This document shows, piece after piece, positions 1 to 9,107 of a DNA stretch of 32,000 nt. The notes under the pieces are model-generated. The model was not told the origin of the DNA. It saw nothing but the letters and a program-made list of their open reading frames with translations, and searched no databases. Source of the stretch: Tissierella sp. (GTDB taxonomy: Bacteria > Bacillota > Clostridia > Tissierellales > Tissierellaceae); assembly GCF_031460495.1 (NCBI RefSeq), contig NZ_JAVKTS010000002.1, positions 209,332-241,331 of the forward strand, in the 5' to 3' direction. Each line of letters starts with the position of its first letter. Positions within the stretch are counted from its first letter, which is position 1. A program made the position numbers and the translations under genes.

Positions 1-1
1 G

Positions 2-1369
2 GTAGAGAAAATGGGAAAGCATGGCTTGTTTACAGGTGGAGATGATGCTCTTGTACTTAGTAGGATTGTAGATGAAGTTGCAAATCATACAGGCAACATA
101 TGGACTCCTATTGTTTCCTTAAGGCGAGAAGATGCTGCAAGACTTGGTTTTGATCAAGCTGAGAGCTGGCACAATATGATTTCTTACTATGCCATAGACA
201 TAGCTGAGTGTTTAAAAATAAAACCTGAAAACTTTCAGTGGTATGCAGCCTTTCATAACGAAGGGCATCATCCTCATGTTCATATGATTTGTTATTCAGC
301 AGATCCTAAAGAAGGATACCTGACTAAAAAAGGTATAGAGAAAATGAAATCGGGATTTGTAAAAAATATATTTGGTCAGGAACTAGAGAAAATTTATATA
401 GAGCAAAGTAAAAGACGAGATGAGCTGAAACATGAGTCGAGAGAAGTGTTGATGCAATTAATTTCTGAAATGAAAAATGGCACAATGCAGAATAGCAATA
501 TTGAAGAAAAGTTAATAAATCTTTCCGACCGTCTGAAATTTACTAATGGAAAAAAACAATATGGTTATTTACAGCCACAGTTAAAAGAAATGGTAGATGA
601 CATTGTAGATGAGCTGGCTAAGGATGAAAGAATAAGCAAGGCATATAAGTTATGGTATGAAATGCGTAATGAGGTACTTCATAGTTATATGGATAGTTTA
701 CCCGAGTCTCTACCTTTATCGGAGCAAAAGGAATTTAAGTTAATTAAGAACATGATAATTAAGGAAGCAGATAATTTAAATAAAGGGGTTATTACTTTTG
801 AAGAACTTGATGATGCTGATGAAATGATTGCAGAAGAAATATATACAGATGATTTATTTATGCATGATACAGTTGTTATTAATGAAGATTTAGGTAATAT
901 AAATATAAATTTGAAAAGTTCATTTCTTTATTATGGCAAGGCAAAGGTAATTCTTAAGGAAGAGAATCCCGATGAAGATGATATAAAAAGAGCTGTTAAT
1001 TTTCTAGAGATAGCATCTGACAATGGGAATCAGTTTGCACAATATATGCTAGGAAAACTATACTTGTTGGGAAGGTATGTATCAGAAGATAAAGAGATGG
1101 CTAAAGAGTATTTTACCTTATCCGCTGAACAAGGAAATGAATATGCAAAGTTTTTTCTTGAAAATATGGATAAGATCCATAATCCAACTGTTTGTCTTGT
1201 AGCATCGAGGATGCTTCATCATATGAGTAAAATATTTGAGGATAGTATTCCGTTTAAATCATCAGAGGTAGGACATAAAATTGATAGTAAGCTTATGAAG
1301 AGGTTGAGAGAAAAGAAAGTTGCTCAGGGACATAAGAGAGATGATAAGGAACAGGAGATCATACTTTAA
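2..1369 (+). CDS. Conjugative relaxase, 5'-truncated by the window edge, with C-terminal Sel1/TPR-like repeats
   Basis: The frame is open back to base 2, so the N-terminus lies upstream. 'HNEGHHPHVH' (254-283) fits the relaxase His-triad (H...PHxH) metal-binding motif. The tail 'GNQFAQYMLGKLYLLG...AEQGNEYAKFFL' is Sel1-repeat-like. Confidence 0.8.
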   Translation, partial: VEKMGKHGLFTGGDDALVLSRIVDEVANHTGNIWTPIVSLRREDAARLGFDQAESWHNMISYYAIDIAECLKIKPENFQWYAAFHNEGHHPHVHMICYSADPKEGYLTKKGIEKMKSGFVKNIFGQELEKIYIEQSKRRDELKHESREVLMQLISEMKNGTMQNSNIEEKLINLSDRLKFTNGKKQYGYLQPQLKEMVDDIVDELAKDERISKAYKLWYEMRNEVLHSYMDSLPESLPLSEQKEFKLIKNMIIKEADNLNKGVITFEELDDADEMIAEEIYTDDLFMHDTVVINEDLGNININLKSSFLYYGKAKVILKEENPDEDDIKRAVNFLEIASDNGNQFAQYMLGKLYLLGRYVSEDKEMAKEYFTLSAEQGNEYAKFFLENMDKIHNPTVCLVASRMLHHMSKIFEDSIPFKSSEVGHKIDSKLMKRLREKKVAQGHKRDDKEQEIIL

Positions 1370-1533
1370 AATTGAGAGTTGAAAATTGCTTGTTTATAAA
1401 GTTATCCTTTAAAAAGATATAAAGCTATCGTATAATATATATTATCAAAATATTTAGATAACATGAAATAATTGAAAGAATAAAAGTCAAATACTATTTT
1501 ATAATTTATTAAACAAGAATAGGGGTTACTAAT

Positions 1534-2301
1534 ATGCTGGAAGAAGTGCAGGATAAGGAAATTAATTATCTATTAGATACAGTTAATAGGGTACAATATG
1601 ATAAAGATAGGTTCAAGGTAATAATTGGAGAAGAAAAGTATTTATTTGGTATTGTTTCTGGTGTGAATTCCGCTTCTGCTCCCTTAAGTAAATTAATGCA
1701 ATATAAAACTCTTTACGATACATTAAGAGATCTAGATTATAAGATCAAAATATCATTAAAAAAGGCGATAGAATATGCGTATTCAGATAGATTGCAAGAT
1801 GATTTCACCTTATTTCAAGAGAGCTCAATTGAAGAAACAAACAGTTATTATTTTATAGAAAATGCTTTATTTAGAACATCAAGTTTATGGGATATGCTAG
1901 CTCAATTTTATCGACTCTATTATAATATTGAGATTGAAGCCCATAATGTGTTTTATAAAAAAATATTTAACCCTAAATTAAACTATTGTGATTCGTTTAA
2001 GGAACAAGCAAAGGAAATTGATAATTACTTGAATCAAAGTAATGATACAGAATGTCAAGAGAAGTGGAAAGGAAATCATAGATATTCAAATGATTGTCGA
2101 AATAAAATGACACATAGAAATTCTCCAAATGTGGCATCGATGAGCGATTTTGATGTTAATTTTAAGCAACACCCAGCTTATATGCTTAAAAGAATTATAG
2201 AAGATTATAGTATGGCATCAAATTACATAGGGAAGATATTAAATGAAATTGAAAAAGAAGTTATGAAAGAGTTTGAGAATATATGCTCTGAGGATGAGTA
2301 A
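1534..2301 (+). CDS. Hypothetical protein with a HEPN-like RX4H motif (resembles Cthe_2314-type HEPN from memory)
   Basis: 255-aa ORF with an AGGGG RBS upstream. 'RNKMTH' (2098-2115) fits R-x4-6-H. It is preceded by 'YYFIENALFRTSSLWDMLAQFY', typical of HEPN helix 1-2 regions. Confidence 0.55.
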   Translation: MLEEVQDKEINYLLDTVNRVQYDKDRFKVIIGEEKYLFGIVSGVNSASAPLSKLMQYKTLYDTLRDLDYKIKISLKKAIEYAYSDRLQDDFTLFQESSIEETNSYYFIENALFRTSSLWDMLAQFYRLYYNIEIEAHNVFYKKIFNPKLNYCDSFKEQAKEIDNYLNQSNDTECQEKWKGNHRYSNDCRNKMTHRNSPNVASMSDFDVNFKQHPAYMLKRIIEDYSMASNYIGKILNEIEKEVMKEFENICSEDE

Positions 2302-2702
2302 AAATTTCAAATCAATAGTTTGTTTATGGTTGCATTATAGAATGGGAAGGAAGTTAAGAAAAAATAATAAATTAATTTTGAAAAGGTAGCAGAATTGCTG
2401 GAAAGGTTATATACTATCTGAAACAAGACTGAACAAACAATAATCATCTTCACCCAGATAATCGATTTAACGGTAGTAAAAATGATTTGTGGTCCGTTGA
2501 CGACTATAATGATACGAATGATGAGTAGAAATTGGAGATTCGAAAGCAGGCAATGCTAACGGATGGTATTTCTCTTGATATTGAGAATATTAATAGTTCA
2601 GTGTGTCAAGAATTGAAATACTCACAGAACGAATACGTGAGTTGTTTGGATGATAAGAGGTTGCTTAACTGTATTAAATTAAATTGATTGGAGATTGGGG
2701 TT

Positions 2703-4634
2703 GTGAAAATAGGGAGAAATGATTCATGTCCTTGTGGCAGCGGAAAAAAATATAAAAAATGTTGTATTGACAAACTCTCAGAAGAAATAATAAAGCAAAT
2801 GTATATAGAGCAACTAGAATTAACAAAGGAACTGAAAGATGAAGAAATTTGTTATACTGTTCTTAGAATTGGTGAAGAGATAATAGTTAATAACCAAGAC
2901 AGTGTTTGTATGACAGGTACATATGTAAACATGGCTGTAGCAAAGAGAGTATTATATTATTTACATCAGAATATTAATGATTTAAATGACGCAAAAACAT
3001 ATTGCACCAAAGCACTTGATTTGAAACCTACCAATCAAGCAGCTATCAAAATGATGTATGGTATTTGCTTAGAATTAAAAGAATATCAAAACGCCTATTT
3101 AGCTATAGAAAAATATGAGGATGTAAATATTTTTTCCCCTATGAGTACTCAAATTGTCATGGAATATCAATATGCAGTTGATGTGGCGAATCATGGTGAA
3201 CATTCTGAGACAACAAGAGAATGGTTAAATAAAATTACGAATGCGTTATTTGAAAAATTCGGAATGAGCGCAGGTTTGTGCGGAGTATCTATTATGTATT
3301 ATCTTGGCATAGGAAATGATGCATTAAGAGCGTATGAACTTGGAAAACGGTGTGTTGAAGATTGGCCAAATTCTGCTACTTATAATAGTTTAGGATGGGT
3401 ATGTTTGAGTCCGGAAATCAATCGAAAAGATGATGCAATCACGTACTTTCTCAAAGCTTTAGAACTTTCAGATGAAGAGAAACAAAAAACTGAAATAAGT
3501 GGAAATTATTTTATTGCACTGATGGAAACCGAACGTTTTGAAGAAGCAGAAGAATTAATGCGTAATCTAATCCACGAAAACCCTTGCAATCAAAATTTTT
3601 CTAACTATGCTGAATTATTGAAACGACGTGGAAACTTTGAAGAAGCATTAGAGTGGGGCAAGAAGGCACTTTTCTTGATTGAAGATGATACTACATTATT
3701 GGTAGTTGCTGATATTTATAAAAGGATGGCAAATTATAAGGATGCTATAGAAATGTACAAGCTGTGTCTTGGGCATATAAATGCCAGGGAAAATGTTTGT
3801 AGATTTGATGATGTTAATGAATACACAATGTATTCTATGGCATCTAACAGCAGTTTAAAAATGACTCTATATGAAGTTTTGAAAGGGATAATATCATCTT
3901 TTAGTTCACAAAGGGATTATGAGAATGCAAAAGCTTATTTGGAAATAGCTAAAGAGAAACTTCCTAAAAAGAGTGATTGGGAAATATGGAATCAAACATT
4001 ACCGGAGATTGAGGTTACAGAACAAAAGCACAAAGAAATTCAAGAACAATTTAATGAAATTAAGAAAGATATTGATAATCATAAAAATTTTGTTAGACAG
4101 TGGGCGTTGAAACTTATTCAACTTCAGAGTAACTCAGGGCAATTAGATTTGGATGAAGAGGATGATTGGTCAAAATATGAAATAGAAATGGATAAGATCC
4201 TAAATGAAATGGCTCAGATTATTAACAAGGATAGCATTGTCTATAAAAATACAGAGAGCATGGTTAATTCAATATATCCGAATTTAGATGATGCTTCTAA
4301 AAAGTTTTTAATCACGGCAGAAACGCTCTATGAAATCCACAAGTCAAGCACTATAGATTTCGCCCCTATTGTGGTAGAATATTGTAAGGTTGTAGAAAAA
4401 CAACTAAGAGTGCTACTAGCGAATAGAATTCCGTGTAATGTAAAGATGTTAGGTGATGTGATTTCTGAAATTGCAAATAATAGAATTTCTCCATATAACA
4501 GATATTTGACTGATCTAAATAAGATAAATGGTCTAAGAAGAAAAAGTGCTCATACTGGTGTTTTAGGAAAATGTGATGCAGATAAAATAAGAGATATTTT
4601 TTATACGAATAATTTGCTGAATAAACTTACGTAG
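2703..4634 (+). CDS. SEC-C motif / TPR-repeat protein with a C-terminal HEPN-like RX4H motif
   Basis: N-terminal 'CPCGSGKKYKKCC' (2727-2765) is a classic SEC-C metal-binding motif. The long helical-repeat middle is TPR-like (e.g. 'AITYFLKALEL', 'ALEWGKKALFL', 'AIEMYKLCL'). The C-terminus has 'RRKSAH' (4536-4553). A GTG at 2703 with GGAG at 2690-2693 is preferred over the TTG at 2688, which directly follows an in-frame TGA. Confidence 0.6.
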   Translation: MKIGRNDSCPCGSGKKYKKCCIDKLSEEIIKQMYIEQLELTKELKDEEICYTVLRIGEEIIVNNQDSVCMTGTYVNMAVAKRVLYYLHQNINDLNDAKTYCTKALDLKPTNQAAIKMMYGICLELKEYQNAYLAIEKYEDVNIFSPMSTQIVMEYQYAVDVANHGEHSETTREWLNKITNALFEKFGMSAGLCGVSIMYYLGIGNDALRAYELGKRCVEDWPNSATYNSLGWVCLSPEINRKDDAITYFLKALELSDEEKQKTEISGNYFIALMETERFEEAEELMRNLIHENPCNQNFSNYAELLKRRGNFEEALEWGKKALFLIEDDTTLLVVADIYKRMANYKDAIEMYKLCLGHINARENVCRFDDVNEYTMYSMASNSSLKMTLYEVLKGIISSFSSQRDYENAKAYLEIAKEKLPKKSDWEIWNQTLPEIEVTEQKHKEIQEQFNEIKKDIDNHKNFVRQWALKLIQLQSNSGQLDLDEEDDWSKYEIEMDKILNEMAQIINKDSIVYKNTESMVNSIYPNLDDASKKFLITAETLYEIHKSSTIDFAPIVVEYCKVVEKQLRVLLANRIPCNVKMLGDVISEIANNRISPYNRYLTDLNKINGLRRKSAHTGVLGKCDADKIRDIFYTNNLLNKLT

Positions 4635-4995
4635 TTTCCAATATATGAAGTTAAGTGTACCAAGATATTGATGGTGCCGAGATGCATAGTAATAACATAT
4701 TTATCAATAAGAAAAAGTCTACCGCCATTCCATCATCTATCGCTGACTCAGACTATCCTACGGACTATTATTGAATGTTATATCATGTCTCGATAAGGGT
4801 GCTCATTTGATAGAAAGTGGACATTATAAAGTTCTATCGAGCCATGTAGAAAGGTAGTATTATTGTTGGAATTCTAATAAACTGCCTATTACATGGATAA
4901 TGTGAACTTCCCATTTTTTTATAATGCGAAGTTGACAAATTGCAATTTAAAATAAAAAAGTAAGGCATATTAAAAAATATATGTATTTAAAAACT

Positions 4996-5027
4996 ACGGT
5001 CTTTCAAATGAGAGGCTGTTTTTTCAT
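4996..5027 (+). terminator. Possible intrinsic terminator
   Basis: ACGGTCTTTC-AAAT-GAGAGGCTGT forms a stem with three G.U pairs that work only on the plus strand, followed by TTTTTT. It lies about 360 nt after the nearest upstream stop, so what it terminates is unclear. Confidence 0.35.
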
Positions 5028-5093
5028 ACCTAAAATTATATAAAAAGGGTTAGACAATTGAAAATAAGAAACTAGAAATACAAGGAGGTGCTT

Positions 5094-6503
5094 ATGAGTA
5101 CTTATATTCATTTTACAGAAGAACAAAAGCAAAGAGCCAATTCAGTTGACCTTGTAGAATTTTTGCAAAGACAAGGTGAAAAACTATTGCCATCAGGTAG
5201 AGAAAAAAGACTTGCAAGTGATCGCAGTATTACAGTCAGAGGTAATGAGTGGTATGACCATGCGTTAGAACAGGGTGGACTTGCTATTGATTTTGTACAA
5301 AACTTTTATGGTTTGTCTTTCCCAGAGGCAGTAACAATGCTACTTGGTGGTGAGCAAGGCGGGGTATACAGTAAGGCAAAAGAAAGAAAACAAACGGAAC
5401 AAAAAAACTTTGTACTCCCTCCGAAGAATTCAGATATGCGAAGAGTTTTTGCATATCTCATTAAAAATCGTTATATTGACCGTGATGTGGTAAGTTTCTT
5501 CGCTAAGCAAAATTTACTCTATGAAAGCTGTGAGCAATCAGTAGATAGGGTAAAAGAATACCATAACGCAGTATTTGTAGGATATGATGAAAATGGAGTT
5601 CCTTGTCACGCTCACAAACGTGGAATTTATTCTAATGGTAAAAGCTTCAAAGGTAATGTTGAGAGCAGTAATCCTTGTTATAGCTTTCATTACACAGGAA
5701 TAAGTAATAGGCTTTATGTATTTGAAGCACCTATTGATATGATGTCTTTCATTACAATAAATAAAAATACCAATTGGCAGAAACACAGCTATGTCGCATT
5801 GTGTGGAGTATCGGAACAAGCAATGCTTAAAATGCTTGAAAATAATCCCAATTTAAATCATGTTATATTATGTTTAGACCATGATACTGCTGGAATAGAA
5901 TCAACTGAAAAGTTTCAAGATATTCTTTACGAGAAGATAATTGAATGCAGTAGAATGAGTTCTAAGTGCAAGGATTGGAATGAAGATATAAAAGAAAGCC
6001 TCAATCTCCCAGCAATTCCATCAGAGGAACACCCACAATATATTATTCGTGATGAAGTTTGCTCTGAAATCAAAGTATATGTCTTAGAAACAAGAAAGAA
6101 TGATAATTCACATTCAAAACTAAATACCTTATTTGAAAAATGTAATACTGATGATGCAGAGCAGATAGTTGGAAATTTAAAACAACTGTCTGCTCTTTCT
6201 TTATGCCTTGCATCCAATGAATACAGACAGATGGGCTATCCTTCAGAAAAGGACAAATTGCTTACTAGATTACATGATGGCTTCAAAGCATATGAAAATC
6301 GTAGCAAACATAATAATCGTTTATTAGATATTAAAAAGGAACTTGAAAAGTTTGGGAAACATCAGGGTGTTATTTGTGAAAATGAAAAGAAAGATGCTGC
6401 TAAGAGGTATGAAGTTATTGCTAGTCACTGCCTAAAGGCAATTATTACTATTGAAATCCAACAGCAAAAACAAGAACAAAAGCAGTTAATTGTGATGTCA
6501 TAA
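5094..6503 (+). CDS. DUF3991/Toprim domain primase-like protein of conjugative elements
   Basis: AGGAGG at 5083-5088 then ATG at 5094. The N-terminal 'VDLVEFLQRQGEKL...RGNEWYDH' is degenerate zinc-finger/primase-like. 'VILCLDHDTAG' is a Toprim acidic motif. Confidence 0.75.
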   Translation: MSTYIHFTEEQKQRANSVDLVEFLQRQGEKLLPSGREKRLASDRSITVRGNEWYDHALEQGGLAIDFVQNFYGLSFPEAVTMLLGGEQGGVYSKAKERKQTEQKNFVLPPKNSDMRRVFAYLIKNRYIDRDVVSFFAKQNLLYESCEQSVDRVKEYHNAVFVGYDENGVPCHAHKRGIYSNGKSFKGNVESSNPCYSFHYTGISNRLYVFEAPIDMMSFITINKNTNWQKHSYVALCGVSEQAMLKMLENNPNLNHVILCLDHDTAGIESTEKFQDILYEKIIECSRMSSKCKDWNEDIKESLNLPAIPSEEHPQYIIRDEVCSEIKVYVLETRKNDNSHSKLNTLFEKCNTDDAEQIVGNLKQLSALSLCLASNEYRQMGYPSEKDKLLTRLHDGFKAYENRSKHNNRLLDIKKELEKFGKHQGVICENEKKDAAKRYEVIASHCLKAIITIEIQQQKQEQKQLIVMS

Positions 6504-6562
6504 AAAACCATAGGATTGATTAATCTGTGAATAAAATATTTTTGGGAATGGAGGTAAATGTA

Positions 6563-8410
6563 ATGCAATCACAAGTGTTTTTATTAATAGGAATTGGTGC
6601 CTTAATGTTCATAATAATTGGTGGGTTGTCTTTAATTGCTCACTATTATACCCTAAATGGAATCAAATCTAAAACAGTAGGAGATGGGCAACATGGAGTC
6701 GCTCGATTTGCTACGCAAAAGGAAATTATTAAAACGTATGAGCATATTTCTTTTCAAGTATCACAGTGGAGGAAAGGTAAGAATCTTCCATGTGATGAGA
6801 ATGGAAACTTGATACAGGGATTAGTAGTTGGGTGTAAAGGAAATAAAGGAGATATTGTAGGTCTTGTAGATACAGGAGATGTTCACTGTCTTATGATTGG
6901 TGCAGCAGGAGTTGGTAAAACAGCCTTTTTTCTATATCCAAACCTAGAATATGCATGTGCGAGTGGGATGAGTTTTATAACCACTGATACAAAGGGAGAT
7001 TTAGCTAGAAAATATGGAACTATAGCAAAAGAGAATTATGGATATAAAGTTGCAGTTATAGATTTAAGAAATCCCACACGCAGTGATGGAAATAACCTTC
7101 TACATTTAGTAAATAAGTATATGGATGCATATCGAGAGAATAACAATAATCTATCTGCAAGAGCCAAGGCAGAAAAATATGCAAAGATAATTTCAAAGAC
7201 AATCATAAATTCAGGTGGTGACAGTTCAGCTTATGGACAAAATGCATTCTTCTATGATGCTGCAGAAGGACTTCTGACAGCAGTTATTTTGCTTATAGCA
7301 GAATATCTCCCACCTACTGAGGAAGATGGACATATAATAGATACAAGACATATCATAAGTGTGTTTAAATTGGTTCAGGATTTAATGGCACCAAGCAAGG
7401 TGAAAGGGAAAAGCCAGTTTCAATTATTGATGGATAAACTTCCTCCTGATCATAAAGCTAGATGGTTTGCTGGTGCAGCTCTTAATTCAGCAGAGCAGGC
7501 AATGGCTTCTGTTCTTTCTACAGTACTATCAAGACTCAATGCATTTCTTGATTCTGAAATGGAGCAGATATTGTGCTTTGATACAACAATTGATGCGGAA
7601 ACTTTCTGCTACGAAAAGTCTGCAATCTTTCTTATACTCCCGGAAGAAGATAATACAAAGTATTTCATGGTCAGTTTATTTTTGCAACAGTTCTACCGTG
7701 AAATGTTAACAGTAGCGGATGAAAATGGTGGTAAGCTTCCTAATCGTGTGATGATATATGCAGATGAAATAGGTACTATCCCAAAGATAGAATCCTTCGA
7801 AATGATGCTTAGTGCAGGGAGATCAAGAAGAATTTCTATTGTACCAATCATTCAATCCTTTGCACAGCTTGATAAAAACTATGGAAAAGAAGGTAGTGAG
7901 ATTATAACTGATAACTGTCAACTCACTATATTTGGAGGGTTTGCACCAAATTCAGAAACAGCTCAGGTGTTATCTAAAGCACTTGGCAGTAGAACAGTTA
8001 TGAGTGGAAGCATCAGCAGAGGGAAAAATGATCCCTCTCAAAGTTTACAGATGATTGAGCGACCACTTCTTACGGCAGATGAGTTAAAATCCTTGCCTAA
8101 AGGAAACTTTGTAATTATGAAAACAGGTGTACATCCAATGCAAACAAAACTTCGATTGTTTTTGGATTGGGGCATCACTTTTGACAAGCCATATGAGATG
8201 GAGGAAAAGTCCCATCGTAAGGTACGCTATGCCGACAAGCAGACCTTAGAAGAAAATGTTCTTTGTCAGCATATGACTGATGCAATAGATGAAGAAGAAA
8301 CTACCGAATCCACGGTAAAGAGACAAGGAGGTATACTTCATACTCCTGGGCATGAACAAACAGATGGAAGTAAAGTAGATCCAAAACGTAAACCAATACT
8401 AAGGACATAA
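6563..8410 (+). CDS. Type IV coupling protein (VirD4/TraG/TcpA-like ATPase)
   Basis: GGAGG at 6550-6554 then ATG at 6563. N-terminal TM helix, Walker A 'GAAGVGKT', Walker B-like 'VMIYADEIG'. It sits next to the relaxase and primase genes. Confidence 0.85.
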   Translation: MQSQVFLLIGIGALMFIIIGGLSLIAHYYTLNGIKSKTVGDGQHGVARFATQKEIIKTYEHISFQVSQWRKGKNLPCDENGNLIQGLVVGCKGNKGDIVGLVDTGDVHCLMIGAAGVGKTAFFLYPNLEYACASGMSFITTDTKGDLARKYGTIAKENYGYKVAVIDLRNPTRSDGNNLLHLVNKYMDAYRENNNNLSARAKAEKYAKIISKTIINSGGDSSAYGQNAFFYDAAEGLLTAVILLIAEYLPPTEEDGHIIDTRHIISVFKLVQDLMAPSKVKGKSQFQLLMDKLPPDHKARWFAGAALNSAEQAMASVLSTVLSRLNAFLDSEMEQILCFDTTIDAETFCYEKSAIFLILPEEDNTKYFMVSLFLQQFYREMLTVADENGGKLPNRVMIYADEIGTIPKIESFEMMLSAGRSRRISIVPIIQSFAQLDKNYGKEGSEIITDNCQLTIFGGFAPNSETAQVLSKALGSRTVMSGSISRGKNDPSQSLQMIERPLLTADELKSLPKGNFVIMKTGVHPMQTKLRLFLDWGITFDKPYEMEEKSHRKVRYADKQTLEENVLCQHMTDAIDEEETTESTVKRQGGILHTPGHEQTDGSKVDPKRKPILRT

Positions 8411-8422
8411 GGGGGTATTTCA

Positions 8423-8683
8423 TTGAGCTTTTTTGGAAGTATTTATAAAGAGGAACTTCCATCTCGTGCTAAGTGTGTGTATATGTATCTAAAAGATAGG
8501 TGTGATGCAAAGGGTGAGTGCTGGCCAGCAATTAATACTATTGCAAAAGATACATCGATGTCAAGGAGTACAGTAAAGAGAGCTATAGCCGATTTAATCC
8601 GTTGTGGTTTGCTTAGAAAAGAATCACGTTATAGGGAGAATGGCAGTAATTCCTCTAATCAATATTTTTTAATTATAGAATAA
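8423..8683 (+). CDS. Small winged-helix/HTH DNA-binding protein common after T4CP genes in Firmicutes elements
   Basis: 86-aa ORF (TTG start) with 'INTIAKDTSMSRSTVKRAIADLIRCGLL', a typical HTH recognition segment. Confidence 0.6.
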   Translation: MSFFGSIYKEELPSRAKCVYMYLKDRCDAKGECWPAINTIAKDTSMSRSTVKRAIADLIRCGLLRKESRYRENGSNSSNQYFLIIE

Positions 8684-8713
8684 TTTTTAAGTATAGATTA
8701 AGGTACATGAAAA

Positions 8714-8752
8714 AGCACGTATTTCCCACCAAGGGGAAACTGCGTGTTTTTT
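8714..8752 (+). terminator. Rho-independent terminator closing the transfer module
   Basis: CACG-TA-TTTCCC / GGGAAA-CTG-CGTG hairpin followed by TTTTTT. Confidence 0.7.
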
Positions 8753-8922
8753 GTGGACTGAGGTGAGGTTCATATTGAACCTACCAGAAGGACTCACTTT
8801 AACAATATACTTAACATCAGAAAAAGAACAATTATAAATATAGATATACTATTTACTTTTATATTAATCAGTTTAATAACAGATTAAGTATGATAATTTC
8901 AATACCAATCCAATACCCAATA

Positions 8923-8955
8923 AATAATATTCTAATAATATTCTAATAATATTCT
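8923..8955. repeat. Perfect 3 x 11-bp tandem repeat AATAATATTCT
   Basis: Read directly: units at 8923-8933, 8934-8944 and 8945-8955, in the AT-rich spacer upstream of the BREX operon. Confidence 0.9.
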
Positions 8956-9013
8956 GATATTTAATAATTTAGATATGATAATGATATATTTTTTGAGATA
9001 TTGAACGATTATG

Positions 9014-9061
9014 TTGAAGTTTTTATAATAGTCCTATATAATATAATCATGTTGCTATAAT
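9014..9061 (+). promoter_or_regulatory. Candidate sigma-70-type promoters for the HTH/BREX operon
   Basis: TTGAAG (9014-9019), 17 nt, TATAAT (9037-9042). A second extended -10, TGcTATAAT, lies at 9053-9061. Both are about 50-90 nt upstream of the 9108 ATG. Confidence 0.5.
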
Positions 9062-9107
9062 CGTTATATGGAAATTTGTGAAAAGATAAGATGAGTAAAG
9101 AGGTGCT

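Noticed and set aside
2302-2687. Possible gene remnants in the gap between the two HEPN-like genes. One fragment reads '...HPDNRFNGSKNDLWSVDDYNDTNDE*'. A 42-aa ORF ends at TGA 2685-2687, in frame with and directly abutting the SEC-C ORF.
   Set aside because: The fragments are too short and motif-poor to assign. The in-frame TGA could hint at a once-longer gene or read-through, but I cannot support that without homologues.
4683-4773. A 30-aa ORF (MHSNNIFINKKKSTAIPSSIADSDYPTDYY) in the 450-nt gap before the primase gene.
   Set aside because: No RBS, no motif, and not distinguishable from chance in AT-rich sequence.
8766-8782. Palindrome AGGTTCA-TAT-TGAACCT just after the transfer-module terminator, considered as an att/oriT-like or cargo-insertion boundary site.
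   Set aside because: It is only 7 bp per arm, and I found no matching copy at the other end of the BREX block (around 25010-25060). There is not enough evidence for a recombination site.
8923-8955. Considered whether the tandem repeats could be a CRISPR array or a minisatellite.
   Set aside because: The units are contiguous 11-mers with no spacers and only three copies, and there are no cas genes. Reported as a simple tandem repeat instead.
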